Source: Camelus ferus (taxonomy: Eukaryota). From it: a DNA stretch of 64,000 nt. The notes under the pieces are model-generated. The model did no database searches. It was not told the origin of the DNA and saw only the letters and a list, made by a program, of their open reading frames with translations. Shown one piece after another: positions 13,483-28,100 of this stretch. The DNA is taken from positions 113,524,001-113,588,000 of the forward strand of contig NC_045696.1 in assembly GCF_009834535.1 (NCBI RefSeq), written 5' to 3'. The translations under genes and the position numbers were made by a program. Numbering within the stretch: the first letter of the stretch is position 1; each line of letters starts with the position of its first letter.

Positions 13483-13786
13483 AGAATGGGTGCTTTGGGG
13501 GCTAACAGGAGTAGAAGATCAAGATAAAATGGAATAAAACAGGCAAGAAGGAAAGAAAAAAAAGGAATCTAGCTCATACAAAGTCCCAACCTTCGTGTGT
13601 GTGTGGAGGGAGCACTAACACAGCAGCCTGCACCTCAGAGAGACCACCGCCAACCACACACACGCCATGGCGCCACCACTAATTATTTTTACTCCAGTTC
13701 TGTATCTAACAGACCTTTATTAAAGGAGCCCTAAGCATAAGAAATTACAAGTGGTGAAAAGTAATATCAAACTTAAAGATAGCCTG

Positions 13787-13975
13787 GTGGGGTACGGTAC
13801 AGCTCAGTGGTAGAGCACGTGCTTAGCATGCAGGAGGTCCTGGGTTCAAACATTTAAAAAAAAAAATTAGATAAAACTAATTACCTATCCCCCTACAAAA
13901 AAAGTTTAAAAAATTAGTAAGTTTTAAGAAATTTTAAAGCTTAAAAGATAAATAAGTAAAATTAAAAAAATAAAG
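13787..13975 (+). mobile_element. tRNA-Ala-derived SINE (vic-1 type) with extended A-rich tail
   Basis: agctcagtggtagagcacgtgcttagcatgcaggaggtcctgggttcaa...ctaattacc. Confidence 0.88.
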
Positions 13976-14762
13976 AAAAGACACTCTGAATTGGTAGTGG
14001 TACAACCAGAATGCAGGATAAAGATGACAGTATCTGTTAACTTGGGTAAATAATACAAAACTGTTGAAGAGAGAGCACAAGAACACAAGAGAGCAGAATA
14101 CAAGAACTGTTAGAGACAGCAGAACACAAGAATAGCATTTGCATGAAAGAAGAATTAGGTTTTAGACATATTTTGTGTTTAAGTTCCAGTGTTTGGTTGG
14201 AAACACTGACTCCAGAGGGCAGTGAAGGTGGCCGGAGATAGATTTGAGAGCCATCTGGACTGTCCTGTCCCCTGTTCTAACTGCCACACACTAGTAAGAC
14301 GACAGTGATGTGGAAGATGTACACGGCGCTCACGATACGGATGCTCGGGGGAACTGGAAAAGATGCTAGTTTCAAACAGAACAGGAAGCAGAGGGGGAAA
14401 GACTGGCAGGTGAGAGTGGAGAAGGGAGGGGGCACATCAGCCCAGCTCTCAATCACTGAAAGCAGACTGTGTGTAACAGAAACCAAATCCGTAACTTTGG
14501 TTCATACCCCATCACACTCTACAGGAGGAAGCACCATGATTCAAGACACATTTCTGCAAGCAAGCAGAGAACTGAGCAAATCTAGAGCGTCATTGCATGA
14601 ATGGTGCTCCACAGGGTTGTGCAGTTCACACACTGACTCACTTTTATTAACAGCAAACACTATGTACAGTTCAGAATGTCAATCAATAAATATTTAACAT
14701 CTACTATGTGCTAGACAGTATGTCAGGAATTGCATAACCTGTGGTTAACAACACCAGGGTTA

Positions 14763-14912
14763 GAGGGGAGGGTGTAGCTCAGTGGTAGAGCGCATGCCTA
14801 GCACGCACGAGGTCCTGTGTTCAGTCTCCAGTACCTCCATCAATAAAATAAATAAGTAAACCTAATTACCTCTCCCTGCAAAAAAACCCACAAAAAAACC
14901 CCCCCAAAAAAA
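14763..14912 (+). mobile_element. tRNA-Ala-derived SINE (vic-1 type)
   Basis: ggggagggtgtagctcagtggtagagcgcatgcc...aaacctaattacctc followed by an A-rich tail. Confidence 0.9.
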
Positions 14913-15279
14913 ACCCGGAGTTAACTTCACAATTACACAGCTTAAGTCCAGGTATTCTGGTAACCTAGAAGCCTCCTCTCTTCCCTCTCTCCAGCCCCAA
15001 CAAAACCTAGACTGGGGTGATAGAAAGGAAGTCAATTTTAATCTTATAAATCTAGACAAAGTTGTCCTCAAACTATGCTCCTGCCAGAAAAACAGCTTTA
15101 TATCATACTTTATATTGCTATAATATTTATTTTAAAATATATTTATATAAAATATATATAGTTTATATACTATGGTATATTATAATAATGAGCAGAATTA
15201 AATACAGTCATCTATAGTAGTATACTTATATATTTTTACATTTATATATATAGGATATATACTATGTTATAGTAGTACA

Positions 15280-15365
15280 CAGCATGCTTAGTATGCATGA
15301 GGTCCTGGGTTCAATCCCCAGCACTTCCTCTAAAAGTAAATAAGCCTAATGGCCTCCCTCACCCC
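15280..15365 (+). mobile_element. 5'-truncated vic-1-type SINE following an AT-rich low-complexity tract (~15100-15280)
   Basis: gcatgcttagtatgcatgaggtcctgggttcaatccccagcac; A box missing. Confidence 0.8.
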
Positions 15366-16749
15366 TGGGCAAAGTAAAATGATTAAATATTCAAGGAAGG
15401 AAAAATAAAGCTTCTGTGCACCTATTTCAGAAAAGTCTAAGCTATAAATGTCTATTCCATTTACCCCTCTATAATAAGGAATCATTATTCTCTCAAAAAG
15501 TATAAAATCTTACATATGACTTTAAGGATCAAAATTTTAAAAATCAAAAAAAATGTACTTACAACTTTTGTGAATTCATGCCACAAAAACTGCCATTCAC
15601 TCAAAACCACAAAAACTTCAACGGGCCATGAAATAGTTCAAATCTATCTTCTTACCTGATCTGAACATAAAGCCTGTTAAATCTGAGATTTACTACCCAT
15701 CACAGTCAAACGAAAAAGGTATACCATATTTACTTTTATCTAGTTACAATAAATGTCTTAAGGTAGATTAATCTTCTGCTCCGGGCTAACATCACTAGAA
15801 TAATCCAAGTACTAACTTGTATGCCTCAAGTCTTTAAACAGAGACTCTTCTTTCTTGCCCTCCAGTCACCCCCTCACCACCTTCCCAGAATGCCTTCATC
15901 CCTCTCCTGCCAGAACTCCAAACCACTACCACCCAAACACCTCCACAGAACAAAAAGATCCAGGACAACGATATAAAACGGGGGCTCTCAGCTGCATGCA
16001 GCTCTTTCACTCACTCACAGAATCTCAAATTCGTGTCAGAAGAGTACAGTGCCATACTGTGTTCAAGGCAGTAGTTGGGGGGGGGGGTGGCTACTGGTGA
16101 CTACAAATGTAGCTCCCGAACCCCACAGCTGAGTGGCACTGGTTTAGAAAAGGCAATTTTGAAAAATGAGAAAGTACAAGAGATGAATATATGACATCTA
16201 CATTTCTCCCCATCAGATTCAAAATATTTCATTTGCAAATCTAACAGAAATCTGTGAGAAATTGAAACGTAATCTGTAACAACCTAGCCATTTAAATCCG
16301 ACTATAATCAACACATATTTTTCTCATGTGGCCTGACCTACATCATATTGGAATGAGAGGTACTCAAAGCACACTTTATCCTAAGTCAATAATAGTAGAG
16401 GAGAAAAAAATAAACCAACAGTCTAAAACAACTAAAATTGCAAAGTGCAGTTGACATGGCCAGAAATAGTACCACTCTCTAAACATCAAGACAAATTTTA
16501 AATAAAACTCCTTTCTCATTTATAGCAGATAAAATTTAACACAAGCTATTTAAGATGAGCTTAATTCCCACCTCCAAGTCATTATGACAAGAATCCAGTA
16601 ACTTCATATCTTCTGTTTTTTCAAACAGTTCATCCATATTTCTAAAAGTATTATTATAATAAACGTTTAAAAACTGGAGTAACATAAAAGTACTATTTTC
16701 TAATGACTAATTTTTATTTACGAAAAAATGTCCTGGTCTTTTTAAGTCA

Positions 16750-19082
16750 CTTCAGTTTCTGGCCAAGATGGGTAACAGGGATGAAATTTACCCTACTATT
16801 TTAAATAACTGGGGGAAAAAAAAAAAGAACAAAATACATGAAGTAATAGTTTCTAAACACTGGACAACAGGCAGCTCAGAGCAGTGATTCTTGCGAAAGG
16901 AAAAAAAAAAACAAAACAGAACACAGAAAAGCCTACAACTGCCCCTGCAGGGCAGAGAGAGAGAACGCAGGTGGCCAGAGATCACAAGAGCTGGGAAAGA
17001 GAGAGCTGCGCAGAGAGAGAACCCAGAGCTCTGACTGAGCGCCAGCCGGCCACGCACGAGAGGACACCATGCCCCCAGCGCCAGGGAAAGAACGCCCACG
17101 AGAGAGGGGGGCCAGCTCCAGGGCTTCCTCAGGGTTAAGCATAGTTTGTGTTCCCACTAGTTAGAGAAGAAACACCTCCTAGTTCCCAGGGCACTGGGTA
17201 AAATACTCAAAATGGTACTACTGCCTCAGCAAAGGGAATAAGTGAGCCTGACCAGCTGTTCTCATCATTCTTCATTCACAAAGCTTAAAAGCTGACCTCA
17301 AAAGGACCAGCCTATTTCCAAGTAAATTAAATGCATCTCAACCACAAAGCTCAAGAATGTATTTAAGAATACAAAAACATCCAGCACCCAGAAAGGTAAA
17401 ATTCACAATGTCTGGTATTCAATAAAAAATTGCCAGATATGGAGTAAACTGAAAATGTGAGGAGAAAAACTAATCAATCGAAGCAGACCTAGAAATGACA
17501 CTGATAATAAAATTGACAAAGAACTGTTTTTATTCTGCAAGTTCTAAATGAATGACAGACAATTGAATGTACTAGGTGGAGTCATGCAAATTATAAAAAG
17601 ACCCAAATCAAATTTCTAGATATAAAAAATACAATATCTGAGGGAGGGGAGGGTGTAGTTCAGTGATAGAATGCATGGTTAACATGCACAAGGTCCTGGG
17701 TTCAATCCCCAGTATCTCTGTTAAAACAAACAACATAAAACCTAATTATCTCATCCCCCCAAAAACCAACCAACCAAAAACCAAAAACCAAAAAAAAAAA
17801 AAACCCAAAATAAAACAACAACAAAAATCTTTTTGAAAAATACAGTATCTGAGATGAAAAACACACTGGATGGGATTAACAGCACTTAATTAACACTGCA
17901 AAAAAAAAAAGATGAATACACTTGAAAATACAGCAGTAGATATTATTCAATTGAAACAGACAAAAATTAAAAAAAAAAAAGATTTTGAACAGAGCTTCAG
18001 TGAGCTGTGGGACAACTTCAAGTAGCCTAATATACAAAGCGGGAAAGAGCAGGAAAAAAATTTTTGAAAAAATTAAAGGCAACAATTTTTCCCAAATCTG
18101 ATAAAAACTATATAAACTCACAGATCCAAATCCCAACAATCTCCAAGCTACAAGAAACATGAAGAAAACTACACCAAGGCAGATCATAATTAACTGCATA
18201 AAACCAGTGATAGCCAGTAAATCCTAAAAGCACCACAGGGAAAGAAGACATTGCATGGACGAACAAGGGTAAGGATGATGGCAGACTTCTTACAGAAAAC
18301 GATGCAAGCCAGAAGTCAGCTGAGCAACATCCTTAGGCACCTGAAGGAAAAACCTGTTACCACAGAATTCTATACCCCCAAAAATATTTCAAAAACAAAG
18401 GTGAAATAAAGATTTTTTCAGATATACAAAAACTGAAAGAATTCATCAGCAGCAGACCTGATTGTAAGAAATGTTAAAAGACGGTGGAAAAAATGATAAC
18501 AGGTGTGTATCTGGAATTACACAAAGGAATAACGAATGCCAGAAATAGTAATATATTTAGAAAATATAAATTTTTTATTTCTTCAATCTCCTTAAAAGAT
18601 AATAAATTATTATTTAAAGCATTTAAAGCAAAAAACAGTAACAAAGTATTATGGGGATTATAACATGTGAAAATAAAATTTATGACAATAATTGCACATC
18701 AGTTAGGATGAAGAAATGTTGAAGGATCCTGTACTAGAAGGAAGGGGCATAATATCACTTGAAGGCAGACTGTAATATGCTCAAAATGCATTATATGAAC
18801 TGAAAAGCAACCACTAAAAAAAAAAAGGTGTAGCCAGTAATCCAACAAAGCATATATTAGAAACAAACAAACTCAAACCAAAAGAAAGCATGAAAAAAGG
18901 AAAACGGGGAAAAAGAACAGATGGGACAAGCAAAACAAACAGTAAGACAGTAGACTAAACCCAATCATATCTACAATAACATTACATGTAAAATGTCTAA
19001 ACATCCCAATTTAAATACAAAGAGTGTCAGATTGGAAAGGCCCAACCATATGCTGCTTGAAAAAGAAAGCCATATTAAATAT
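16750..19082 (+). mobile_element. Old L1M 5' region: 5' UTR, decayed ORF1 and start of ORF2 endonuclease
   Basis: Starts ttctggccaagatgg. ORF1-like agcttcagtgagctgtgggacaac, ttttcccaaatctgat, agaattctatacccc, aaggtgaaataaagatttttcaga. ORF2 start aaatgtctaaacatcccaatt...ccaaccatatgctgctt. Confidence 0.85.
17643..17835 (+). mobile_element. vic-1-type SINE inserted in L1 ORF1
   Basis: tRNA-like head and A-rich tail. 18-bp TSD aaaaatacaRtatctgag at 17625-17642 and 17836-17853. Confidence 0.9.
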
Positions 19083-19774
19083 TTTTTTAGAAGTCAGGTA
19101 CCAGCTATCACTTTATTAGACACTTACTAAACAATATGAAAAACTTCCGCAGGGACTTAAAAATATCACTGTGTAGTATAAAGCAACAGAGATGAATGGA
19201 TAGGTAGAAAGAAAGGGAAATTTACAACAGAATGATAAAGATTTATGATTTTCAATTTTCCATATGAACAGTCTGTCTTCCATTGAAAGCATATACCATA
19301 TACTATTTAATCCTCTTTATGTTAAAAGTTCCTCAAAAGACTGAGGTTGGTAAAACGCTGCTTATCAAATAAACCATTCTCACTCAAATCAGATGTAGGC
19401 TTCCCCCCCTAATTAAAAAACAAAACAAAAAGCCAAAAGCCAAAACCAACAACCAAACACTGTGTCCAATGCTTTATAAAATGCAACAAGACACTTGTGA
19501 TTTTTAACATACCAGAAATCCTCTGAATTTCAAGTTGGGATCAGCCAGTGGCTAAAAATAAAATACGTGGCAAGCTGGACTTGGGTGAAGCAGGCAACAT
19601 TCCCCAAATTTAGTCACTCCTCTCTTCAGAAGAAAGCAAATATATCACTAAATATTTCACAGTTAACACATTGCTATCTTTTTGTGACACCAGAATACTG
19701 GATGCTTAGAATTTTGAGAGCTTTTCTAGTACTGGTGTTGAGTTTGGAACACAATATGGCTCAGCCCCCCTAAA

Positions 19775-20165
19775 CAGAGCACTTGGTTAGACTCCCTGTT
19801 TTTAAATCCTGGCCCCTGAAATATCTTGCTGTGTGACCACAGGCAAGTTATTTAATGTCTTTAGGCTTCAACTTCCTCATGTACAACAGGAAAAAAGAAT
19901 AGAATAATTTTTTTTAGAAAATGCTTTTTATAGTAATACTAGCTATTATGAATGAGCAGAGCACTGTTCCAAGTGCTTTACATGCAATATATATTTAAAT
20001 CCCCCAAATCTATGAGGTAACAAGCATTCTGGTCTCCATTTTACAGATAAGGAAGCTGAGGGGCATAGATTTATGTTTCTCCTAAATTTATACATCTATT
20101 AAGAGGGAGCTAGGATTTTAACTCAGTCTAATTCCAGAACCTGTCATCTTAATCCACACGCTAAA
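19775..20165. mobile_element. Two MIR SINE fragments in opposite orientation
   Basis: gctgtgtgaccacaggcaagttatttaa...ttcctcatgta and ccattttacagataaggaagctgagg core motifs. Confidence 0.75.
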
Positions 20166-21504
20166 CAAGTAACTCCTTTATGAACTCTTTTTCAAAGCTG
20201 CCTGTCTTTCATCCTAGACTGGGAACTGCTTAATGATGAGAGCTTTCTCTTCTTCACTTTGAGCAATGCCAGCTTCCAGCACAGAAAGAGCACACAGCAG
20301 ATCACTGGAAGGTGCTGAATGAACAGATTCTGGGCACCACCCTGTCACACGTCACTCACTCATACAGGGGTGGGAGTCAGAGACGGGTGTTCTAACCCAC
20401 CCCAGTCCTCCTCGGCTCTGCCGTTTTAGGAAAGGCACATCACCTCCCTAGACCTGAATGTTCTTACTTGTAAAATGAGGAACTGAACTAGATCTAAGTT
20501 CCCTTCCAGCTCTAAAATTTCCAAGAAAAGTCAGTATTGCTCTTTGGAAGAAAAAACAAGAGTTGCCTCTGACCAGCAGAATCAAAGCACCTCACAGCTT
20601 TCAGAGTAACATCTAGAGCCCCTTTGCTTCCTGTTTAAAATCCCTCGCTCCCCCAGACTAAGAGCTCCAACAGGGCCTGGGCCTAGCCAGTCTTGTTTAC
20701 ATGTATTTCCCCAATAAAGCACCTGACACGTGGAAGACATCTGACGTTTAATGGGTGAGTGCATTATAGGTGAAAACTTACAAGCAATAAGTGAAAGGAG
20801 AAAATAATTTTTATGTAGCACTCTAAATCAGTTGTTTCCTAAATTCCAGGAATGGATGGCTGATTTTATTAGCTGGATATTCATTTGAGATACACCTAAT
20901 AACTTCAGTTACAAAAACTGCTATCAAGACTTATTCACAAGACTTTAAAATGCTTTCGTTCTTGCTGCTTCCATACATTTCACCTGTATCTAAGTAGCTT
21001 TCATTCCAAAAGGCCCATGGAACATAAAAAGTAACCTTAACATCAGCAGTAAATGCTCAAAACTTTTTTTCTGAAATACATACATCTTGTCTGCTACAAG
21101 TAGATCATAAAAGCAGCAGCTGAAAAGTTGTTAGACGTAGCTTGAAACTCAGAGGAACACCGAACCCTTCCCCACCTTTTTCCTAATGCCTTTAAATATA
21201 GAACTATTACATATTGAAATAAATCGTTCACTTTGAGGATTATTTCTATACATTATGCATAGAACCTCACATTGAAATTTAATCCAGCCTCAATTCACCA
21301 AAAACAAATATTTATGAATTGATAAAGCTACACGTCTTTACCCTGAGGTTTTCTACTACAAGTCTGAAAAATGAAAAAAATAAGTTTCTAAAATTGAATG
21401 ACTATCTTTTTATTCTATTTTGCTTAACAATTTATATTATATAATAAAAACAGAAATTAGGACCAAAAGTCCACCATATGCAAAATATGCATCACTTCCT
21501 TGGT

Positions 21505-21652
21505 TCTCACCCCTGGCTCATGCATCCTGTTTTAATGCAGATGCTTGAGCCTGCCCCTGGAGAAGACGGTTCAGTGGGGTGCGCTCCGGCATCTGAATAT
21601 TTTTTTAAAATATTACATATAACTGAGGCAGCAGCAGGACTGAGAACCACTG
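21505..21652. mobile_element. MER5-type hAT fossil
   Basis: ggttctca...ttcagtgggg...catctgaatatttt...ggactgagaaccactg termini. Confidence 0.6.
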
Positions 21653-23689
21653 CACTAAACATACAACACTTAATGCTAGATTGCTTTTAAGCAATTACTT
21701 CAAGTAAGTAACTCAGTATATTTTTCTTAACTATTATCAACTGGAGCAGTGATTCCTCACACTGACCTGTAAGCATTCCAGGGAACAACACAAGTTCTAA
21801 AACAAAATGCAGTAATAGCTTTAACTTTAAAAAGAAATTCCGTAACTTAAAAGAAGGGGAAGGGAACCATGTTTAAAGCCTCCTTTTTTAAAGCCTCTAA
21901 AGGACATGGCAGGAGTCAAAGGTTTTAGGAAACCCAAAGCCAACTAACTACAGCTGGCCAGAATTACCCCATTAAAACTGAGTTTCTGAAATATGACCTC
22001 CTACATTACAAAGTTAGAAAAGAAACAGGTTCGATCCATGGTCTGTTCTCCTGCTCACACGTTAGGTAAAGACATCCTAACTCACAACTGAAAAGCTATG
22101 AGAGTCTTGTGTGTCATGAGCATCCCGATGTATCCTATTTGAAGAAACTGTGCCTGAAGTGAATTCACCCATCGTATAAATGTTAAAACATTTATTTAAA
22201 AATCATAAAATAAAACTGAAAAGGAAAAAATTATTCAATGTCTAACCTTGAAGGGAAGAGCAGACCAGAGGAAGGGGGTTAGCAGGGAGTGCAGAAGGGC
22301 TATGGGACTTCAAGTGAGTAAGTCAAGTGACTTGACTTGTTTTAGAAAAATCACCCTAAATGGTGACAAATATTTGCCCTCTGAAGGAGAATTTGATAGG
22401 GGTTATTATCTCCAATCTATAGATGAGAAAATAAAGTTGCAAGAGGTTAAATGATCTGCCCAAGGGTACAGTGCTAAGAAGCAGAGTTAAGATTTGGATG
22501 AACATTTTGTGAGACTCAAAATCAAGCTCTCATGACAGCAAAGATAACTGCACAACTGTATAATGAGGCACTGTGGGCCTTGCCCAAAGACATTTCAAAA
22601 AACGTTGCACACGGACTAAGACTTAACCTATTAAGTTATTTATCAAAGCTGAATTTTCTGATATAAAACTTCTGGTATCTTAAATCAGCCTCTTTCTTCA
22701 CAGTCATGACCATCATTTTTCTTTACATAGCCAACAAAACATGCTGTAAAACATAAAACTTACCCTCCCCTCCAGCTTTGCTAATGGGGCCCCTGCTCCC
22801 CACCATCCTTCTCTCTGCATCAAATGTAATACTCTAGCTACTGCTTCAGGCTGAATCATTGTATTAATAATCTAAAAATGGGGGAAAACACATTATTCTC
22901 TAAAATAATGAACTAAATTAATTTATGTATTACATGTAAATTAATTCATCAATGTAGCTGCTTCCAAAAGTGTCTAGGAAACAAATCTTCCCCACTAGGA
23001 TAAGTTTATTAAACTCTCACTTCTTAATATATGACGGTTTGTTTTCAAGGGAGGTACACCCACTACTCATTTTTAAGGTTAGGACCACACAGGACAAAAT
23101 TTCTACTTCAAAAATACAAAATAAAAATTAAAAATTTCCATGTAATATTCTGCTGAGAGAGAGGAGGGAGTCACAAAATAAAAGGCAAAGCTGAGAAACA
23201 AACATACAGACCGAGGGAAAAGGGAAGGAAAGGTGAAGAAGCCGGAGATGTGGTGCTGTGCGGTTAAAATAAACTTCACTATTTCACAATCCAGAAAAAA
23301 TACAGTCCCTTCTCCCTTGCTGAAAATGTTCCAACAGACTATTTGTATCTGTGCCCTTCCCTGGACAATAATCAGAAAACTGAATTCTATTTTTAGAAGT
23401 GTTCCTTTCTCAGGAAAATTATTCCTGTAGCCCTTCACTCACTCAGTAAACATCTAAGCAGTCACCACTGCCCAAGCACCGTGCAGCTAGGTGGCGGCGT
23501 GGTCCCCGTCCCCAGAGCGCTTAGGGTTCTGAGGAGACACACTGGCCAGTTATGAAGAGCCAAATGAACAGGTGTCTTCCATTTTGTTAAGTTAACAATC
23601 AACCCTGGTGTCATTTGGACCAGTTACCAAACTAGCTGGTTGGTCCAGAAATTAAGCAAACTGCACTAACTGGCTCCTCACCCAGAAGT

Positions 23690-23998
23690 TTTAGAATTGG
23701 CAAAAAAAAAAAAAAAAAGTCAGTTTCTCCCCTGCTGCCCATGGTCCCGTTCCTCCAGGCAGGGCGCGGGCAGCCAGCAGCAACCCGCAGTGTGAGGAGA
23801 AACAAGGTACCCTCACCAAGAGAAGCAGAGATGAGCGATGCCAAGAATCCCTGGCTTCTGTGGGTTGTCAACCAGAACATCTCAGTGCTTAAGCTATCAC
23901 TCACATTCTTCCATGTCCTTTTAATAATCTTATCTTTTTACTTAAATGAGTTAGAACTGGACTTTTGTTGCTTGCAACATAGAGAGTCTTAACTAACA
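23690..23998 (+). mobile_element. MaLR (MLT1-type) solo LTR fragment
   Basis: 3' end cttaaatgagttagaactggacttttgttgcttgcaacatagagagtcttaactaaca resembles the MLT1 LTR terminus; internal agagaagcagagatgag. Confidence 0.55.
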
Positions 23999-24534
23999 GC
24001 AAAAGTGGTATCAGACTCAACTCCCTTACTCTCCCCAAAGTGGTGTGGTTGAGAACATGGGCCCTGGAACCAGACTGCCTGGGCTCTTCCACTCACCAGC
24101 TATACAGAGCCCGTGCCTTGATTTCACCACCTGTAAAATGGGGATAACAGTACCTACCAATAGGGATGGTTTAAATTTTAAATGAGCTGCTATACTTTAA
24201 AGCTCTCCCAATAGTAACTGCCTAATAGGAGTTACTGCTTTTGTAGTCCCATTATCACAACCCCGTGGGGGAGCCAATGCGCCAGCTGTGACCAGTCAGT
24301 CACCTGGCTCCACGTATTCCCTGCAGCACTGGGTGGTGGGGGGAAACGCAGGGCAGTGGAGCACCACCCCCAGGCAGGGGCAGCTTCCACATCTCAGTGA
24401 ATGCAGAGCAGTAAAGGAGCGAGAAGAGCAGTGCTGGGTAATCCACAGCACCAGGCATTGCACAACCAAGACCCCAAACCTGCCCCCACCCCAACGTTAG
24501 TCACACTGCTCTTCCTCCAAGAGTTCAAAAACTA

Positions 24535-25012
24535 CTCCTAGTTGCAACAATGCAGATGGACCTTGAGGGCATTACGCTTAGTGAAATAAGTCAGAGAAAG
24601 ATACCATATGATCTCACTGTGCATGGAATCATAAAACAAAATAAACTAATAAACACGAAGTATCCAAAAACAACCAAGCTTATAGATACAGAAAACAGAC
24701 TGGTGATTACCAGCAGCGGGGTTGGGGGTGGGGGAGAAATGGGTTAAGGTGGTCAAAAAGCACAAACTTTCAATAATAAAATAGTCATAGGGATGTAATA
24801 TACAGCCGGAGGCTGACAGCACTGTACTGTATACTGAAAGTTTCTAAGAGAGGAAAGTTGCTAATAGTTCTCATTATAAGAAAAAAATTCTGTAACTATG
24901 TGTTGTGACAAGTGCTAACTCGACTTACTGTGGTGATCGTTTCACAATGTACACAATTATCCAATCATTATGTTGCCCACCTTAAATTAATACAGTGCTA
25001 TATACGTCAATT
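24535..25012 (+). mobile_element. L1 3' UTR fragment
   Basis: gatggaccttgagggcattacgcttagtgaaataagtcag...tagatacagaaaacagactggtg...ttctcattataagaaaaaaattctgtaactatg. Confidence 0.85.
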
Positions 25013-25027
25013 AGAAGAAAGGAAGGA

Positions 25028-25127
25028 GGGTGGGTATAGCTCAGAGGCAGAGCACGTGCCTAGCATGCAGGAGGTCCTGGGTTCAATCCCCAGTGCTTCC
25101 ATTAAAAAATAATAAATTGAAAAAAAA
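25028..25127 (+). mobile_element. Short vic-1-type SINE inserted at the L1 tail
   Basis: tRNA-like head. 15-bp TSD agaagaaaggaagga at 25013-25027 and 25128-25142. Confidence 0.9.
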
Positions 25128-28100
25128 AGAAGAAAGGAAGGAAGGAAAACAGAGTTCTGAGGGCCAGGAAGCAGTTTAAAACAAATCATACATACATGAT
25201 TTTTTCCAAAGATGTTTTCTTGGCAAAAATGTCTTTTAAATTATTCTAGAGCCAAAACTCCTGGTGTGTAGCTATCGAGGTAGTAAGGAGAAGGGAAGCG
25301 AGAAGCATGTAGCGTGGCCATATTCTTACAACGCCAGGGCTTCTCTAGAAATTCTGAAATAAGGGCAAACTCTGGGGCTCCTCTTTCTAGGAACACAGGT
25401 CCAGCAGAGCCAATCAGTCCATGGTTCCTCCTTTGCTTTTTTTCCTGCTTCTTTCAGATGTATCTTTTTTGTACAAAAGAGCAAATGAGGGGATGTAAAT
25501 GTAGTCTGTGGGGAAAAACAAGCAAGACCCCACTTCTAACCTCAGGAGAGATATGTCCTCTCTCCTCTAGACCCCTTTCCCTTCTCAGCTCACATCCTTC
25601 AAAGGCCTCTACCTTCCCTTCTCCCTCAATCTATACAACTTCCACTGCAGTACTTCCTCCCCCCACCCCCCCCAAGAAGAAAAGAGGGAGGGACTGCCCC
25701 CCAGGCACAGCAGAATCATGGAGGGCTTTCGTCCCCTCCTCCCCAGCCCCCAGCAACTGCTCCCCTAGCACTGAAGGTAAGCCCCAGCTACAGGCGAGCT
25801 TTCCTCTCTTCCTCGGGGGTCTGGGAATCCCTGCAGTCACATGACACACTTCAGAAGAAAAGGAATTATGATTAAAAAAAATCAAACACAGATACCTTAG
25901 GGTCACTAAAGAAACTTAATATACAGTATCTTGTTCACTGCCTGTTTTATGTCATTTTATGTTGAGAGTGTCTATCGCTTTCGTGTCTCCACAGTCTAAT
26001 TCAGTGCTGTGCACACACAGAGGCACACATAACTGCGCAGCTTATAATTTTAGCCAAACAAAAATTCTCAAATCTTTTTTTCTGATGATGGCTGTTACTC
26101 TGACATTTTATCGCAGAAGTAACTTATTCTATCTATAACGCAACAACTTCAAGTGCCTTTACTAGCAAATACTTCAACTGGCATTGGTAAATATCCAAAT
26201 AACGATCCCATTTTCTTACTGTAAAACGGATCTAAATTTTAAATCACTAGGTATATTGTTTATTTTTTAAAAATTAAACCTATATTTAAAATCTTAAGGA
26301 TAAATATTACATTTGCATAAAGTAGCAGAAATAGTTTTGTTTTTACCAATGAAAGATCAAAACTGACTTTGTGGTTTAATCACTTCAACTTGACTATAAT
26401 TTCTTAGTGACTGATGTTAACATCTAAAGAAATGCACTGGTAACATTTACACAACGACTACTAATCAAATCTGTAATTTGTTTTAGTAATCAGTCAAAGT
26501 TTTTAGGCATCTCCTGGTGTTCGGCACAAGAAACAGAAATAAAACAATCAGATTTTTAACAACTCATTCTGCTGGCGTGACAAATACAAATGACCGTAAC
26601 TGCATGTGTTGAATGCTGTGCAAAGGCACGGGTTAGGGTGCCACGGGACTCAGCTCAGAGCTGTGTGGGGTGAATCACTTTTGTCTGGGCTCTAAGGATG
26701 GGAACCGGGACAGGGACGTTCCGGGGAGCAGACTGAACACAGTAAGTTAAAGGGGGAGTGAAGTAACACGGGGAAAAACTGGAATCAGGCTGTAAGGCAT
26801 TTATGTATCACATAAGGAACTGGGGGCACTTGATTCTCAGGGCAAGTGGCATCCCTCAGTTTTCAAGAGGAATGCCATGATGATCACGCCTAAGCTGGAG
26901 ACCGTGCAGAGGGGTAAATGCCAGCCTGATGAAACATACCAGTAGCTAAGTTGTGAAATAAGCCTGTCTTTCTAAATCTAAGCACAGTTTTGCTGAGTAA
27001 AAACTGAACGGGCCGTAAGGTGAAGCGAGGTCCACAATTCAGAGTTCTGGAAGGGCATGATGGCCGGGCAGACAGACGCTGCCGGCTGCACCCTCAGCAC
27101 CAGCTTCCCCAGGCAAGAGCCAGGCTACCCGGGGCAAGCTGCGGACCCCTTTGAAAGCTTCTCTCCCCTCATCTGCAAAATGAGGGTAACAATCATAAAT
27201 CATAAACTGACTCAAGTCTTAGCTGCAGTAGTTATTATCCACACTTTATTCTATTTTTAAAATCTCCACAGCACAGAATACGAAGCAAAAAGAAACAGAT
27301 GTGCATAGTCAGTCTAAAGAGTTGCCCAGAATATCACAAATCAAGCTTCCCCGTTGCTCCTTCATCATTTTGTATAAAGTATACAAAATACAAAATACCC
27401 AGAATACTCAGAACATTGGACACATTCATATTGTTCTGCAATATAATTATCAACATTCACTTCAAATTTAAATATAAATTACTTGAAGGTTTCTGATTAT
27501 TTTGTATTATTGGTGTAGTTTCCCTCTGAGCAAATACCCATGCTATGTTTCCACTGAAATTTTGTCCCCTTAAGAATTCTGAATGACAGGTATGAATTTT
27601 GAATTGAATTTTGAATGACTTTTTCTATAATGGTAGGTGGCAAAAAAAATTTTCCTAAGGGCCTCTTTCTTAACTCTTTCTTATTAGCTCAGCTGAACAA
27701 GTCATGAGAACTAGTCCTTCAGTTAAAAAAGTACCCTTCTCTAAGAAATGATGTAATTTCTTACCAATGCAATTCTAAGCCTCCTGTAATCACTTATTAA
27801 GATATGCTAAAATTACAGTTCATTTCACAGGTCATTTCTATAGCATAAAAAACAAACCAAACCAGAGGCTTAAAAGTTTCAGACACATGCCTGAGAATAT
27901 CATATCCCTGCTCTAATCTGTTTATTAGCCCTATCACCAGTGTTTGGCCCACATGTCCAGTTTTAGTCCAACTATTGCAGTTGTCATAACTAAACAGTAG
28001 GCAAAACCATTACTCCACAGAGCACCTACCAAATCAGGGAAACTGGAGAGCACTCTACACGGTCCTGTCACACAGATGTGGGGCTTCACACCATGCAGAT

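Noticed and set aside
19082..19117. Minus-strand AATAAA followed about 23 nt later by A7, next to the L1 break (possible retrocopy tail or intronic poly(A) site)
   Set aside because: Short A run, no TSD and no recognisable parent mRNA; such motifs are frequent in AT-rich introns.
25314..25844. 176-aa plus-strand ORF
   Set aside because: Non-ATG start, low-complexity Ser/Pro composition, no recognisable homology or exon structure.
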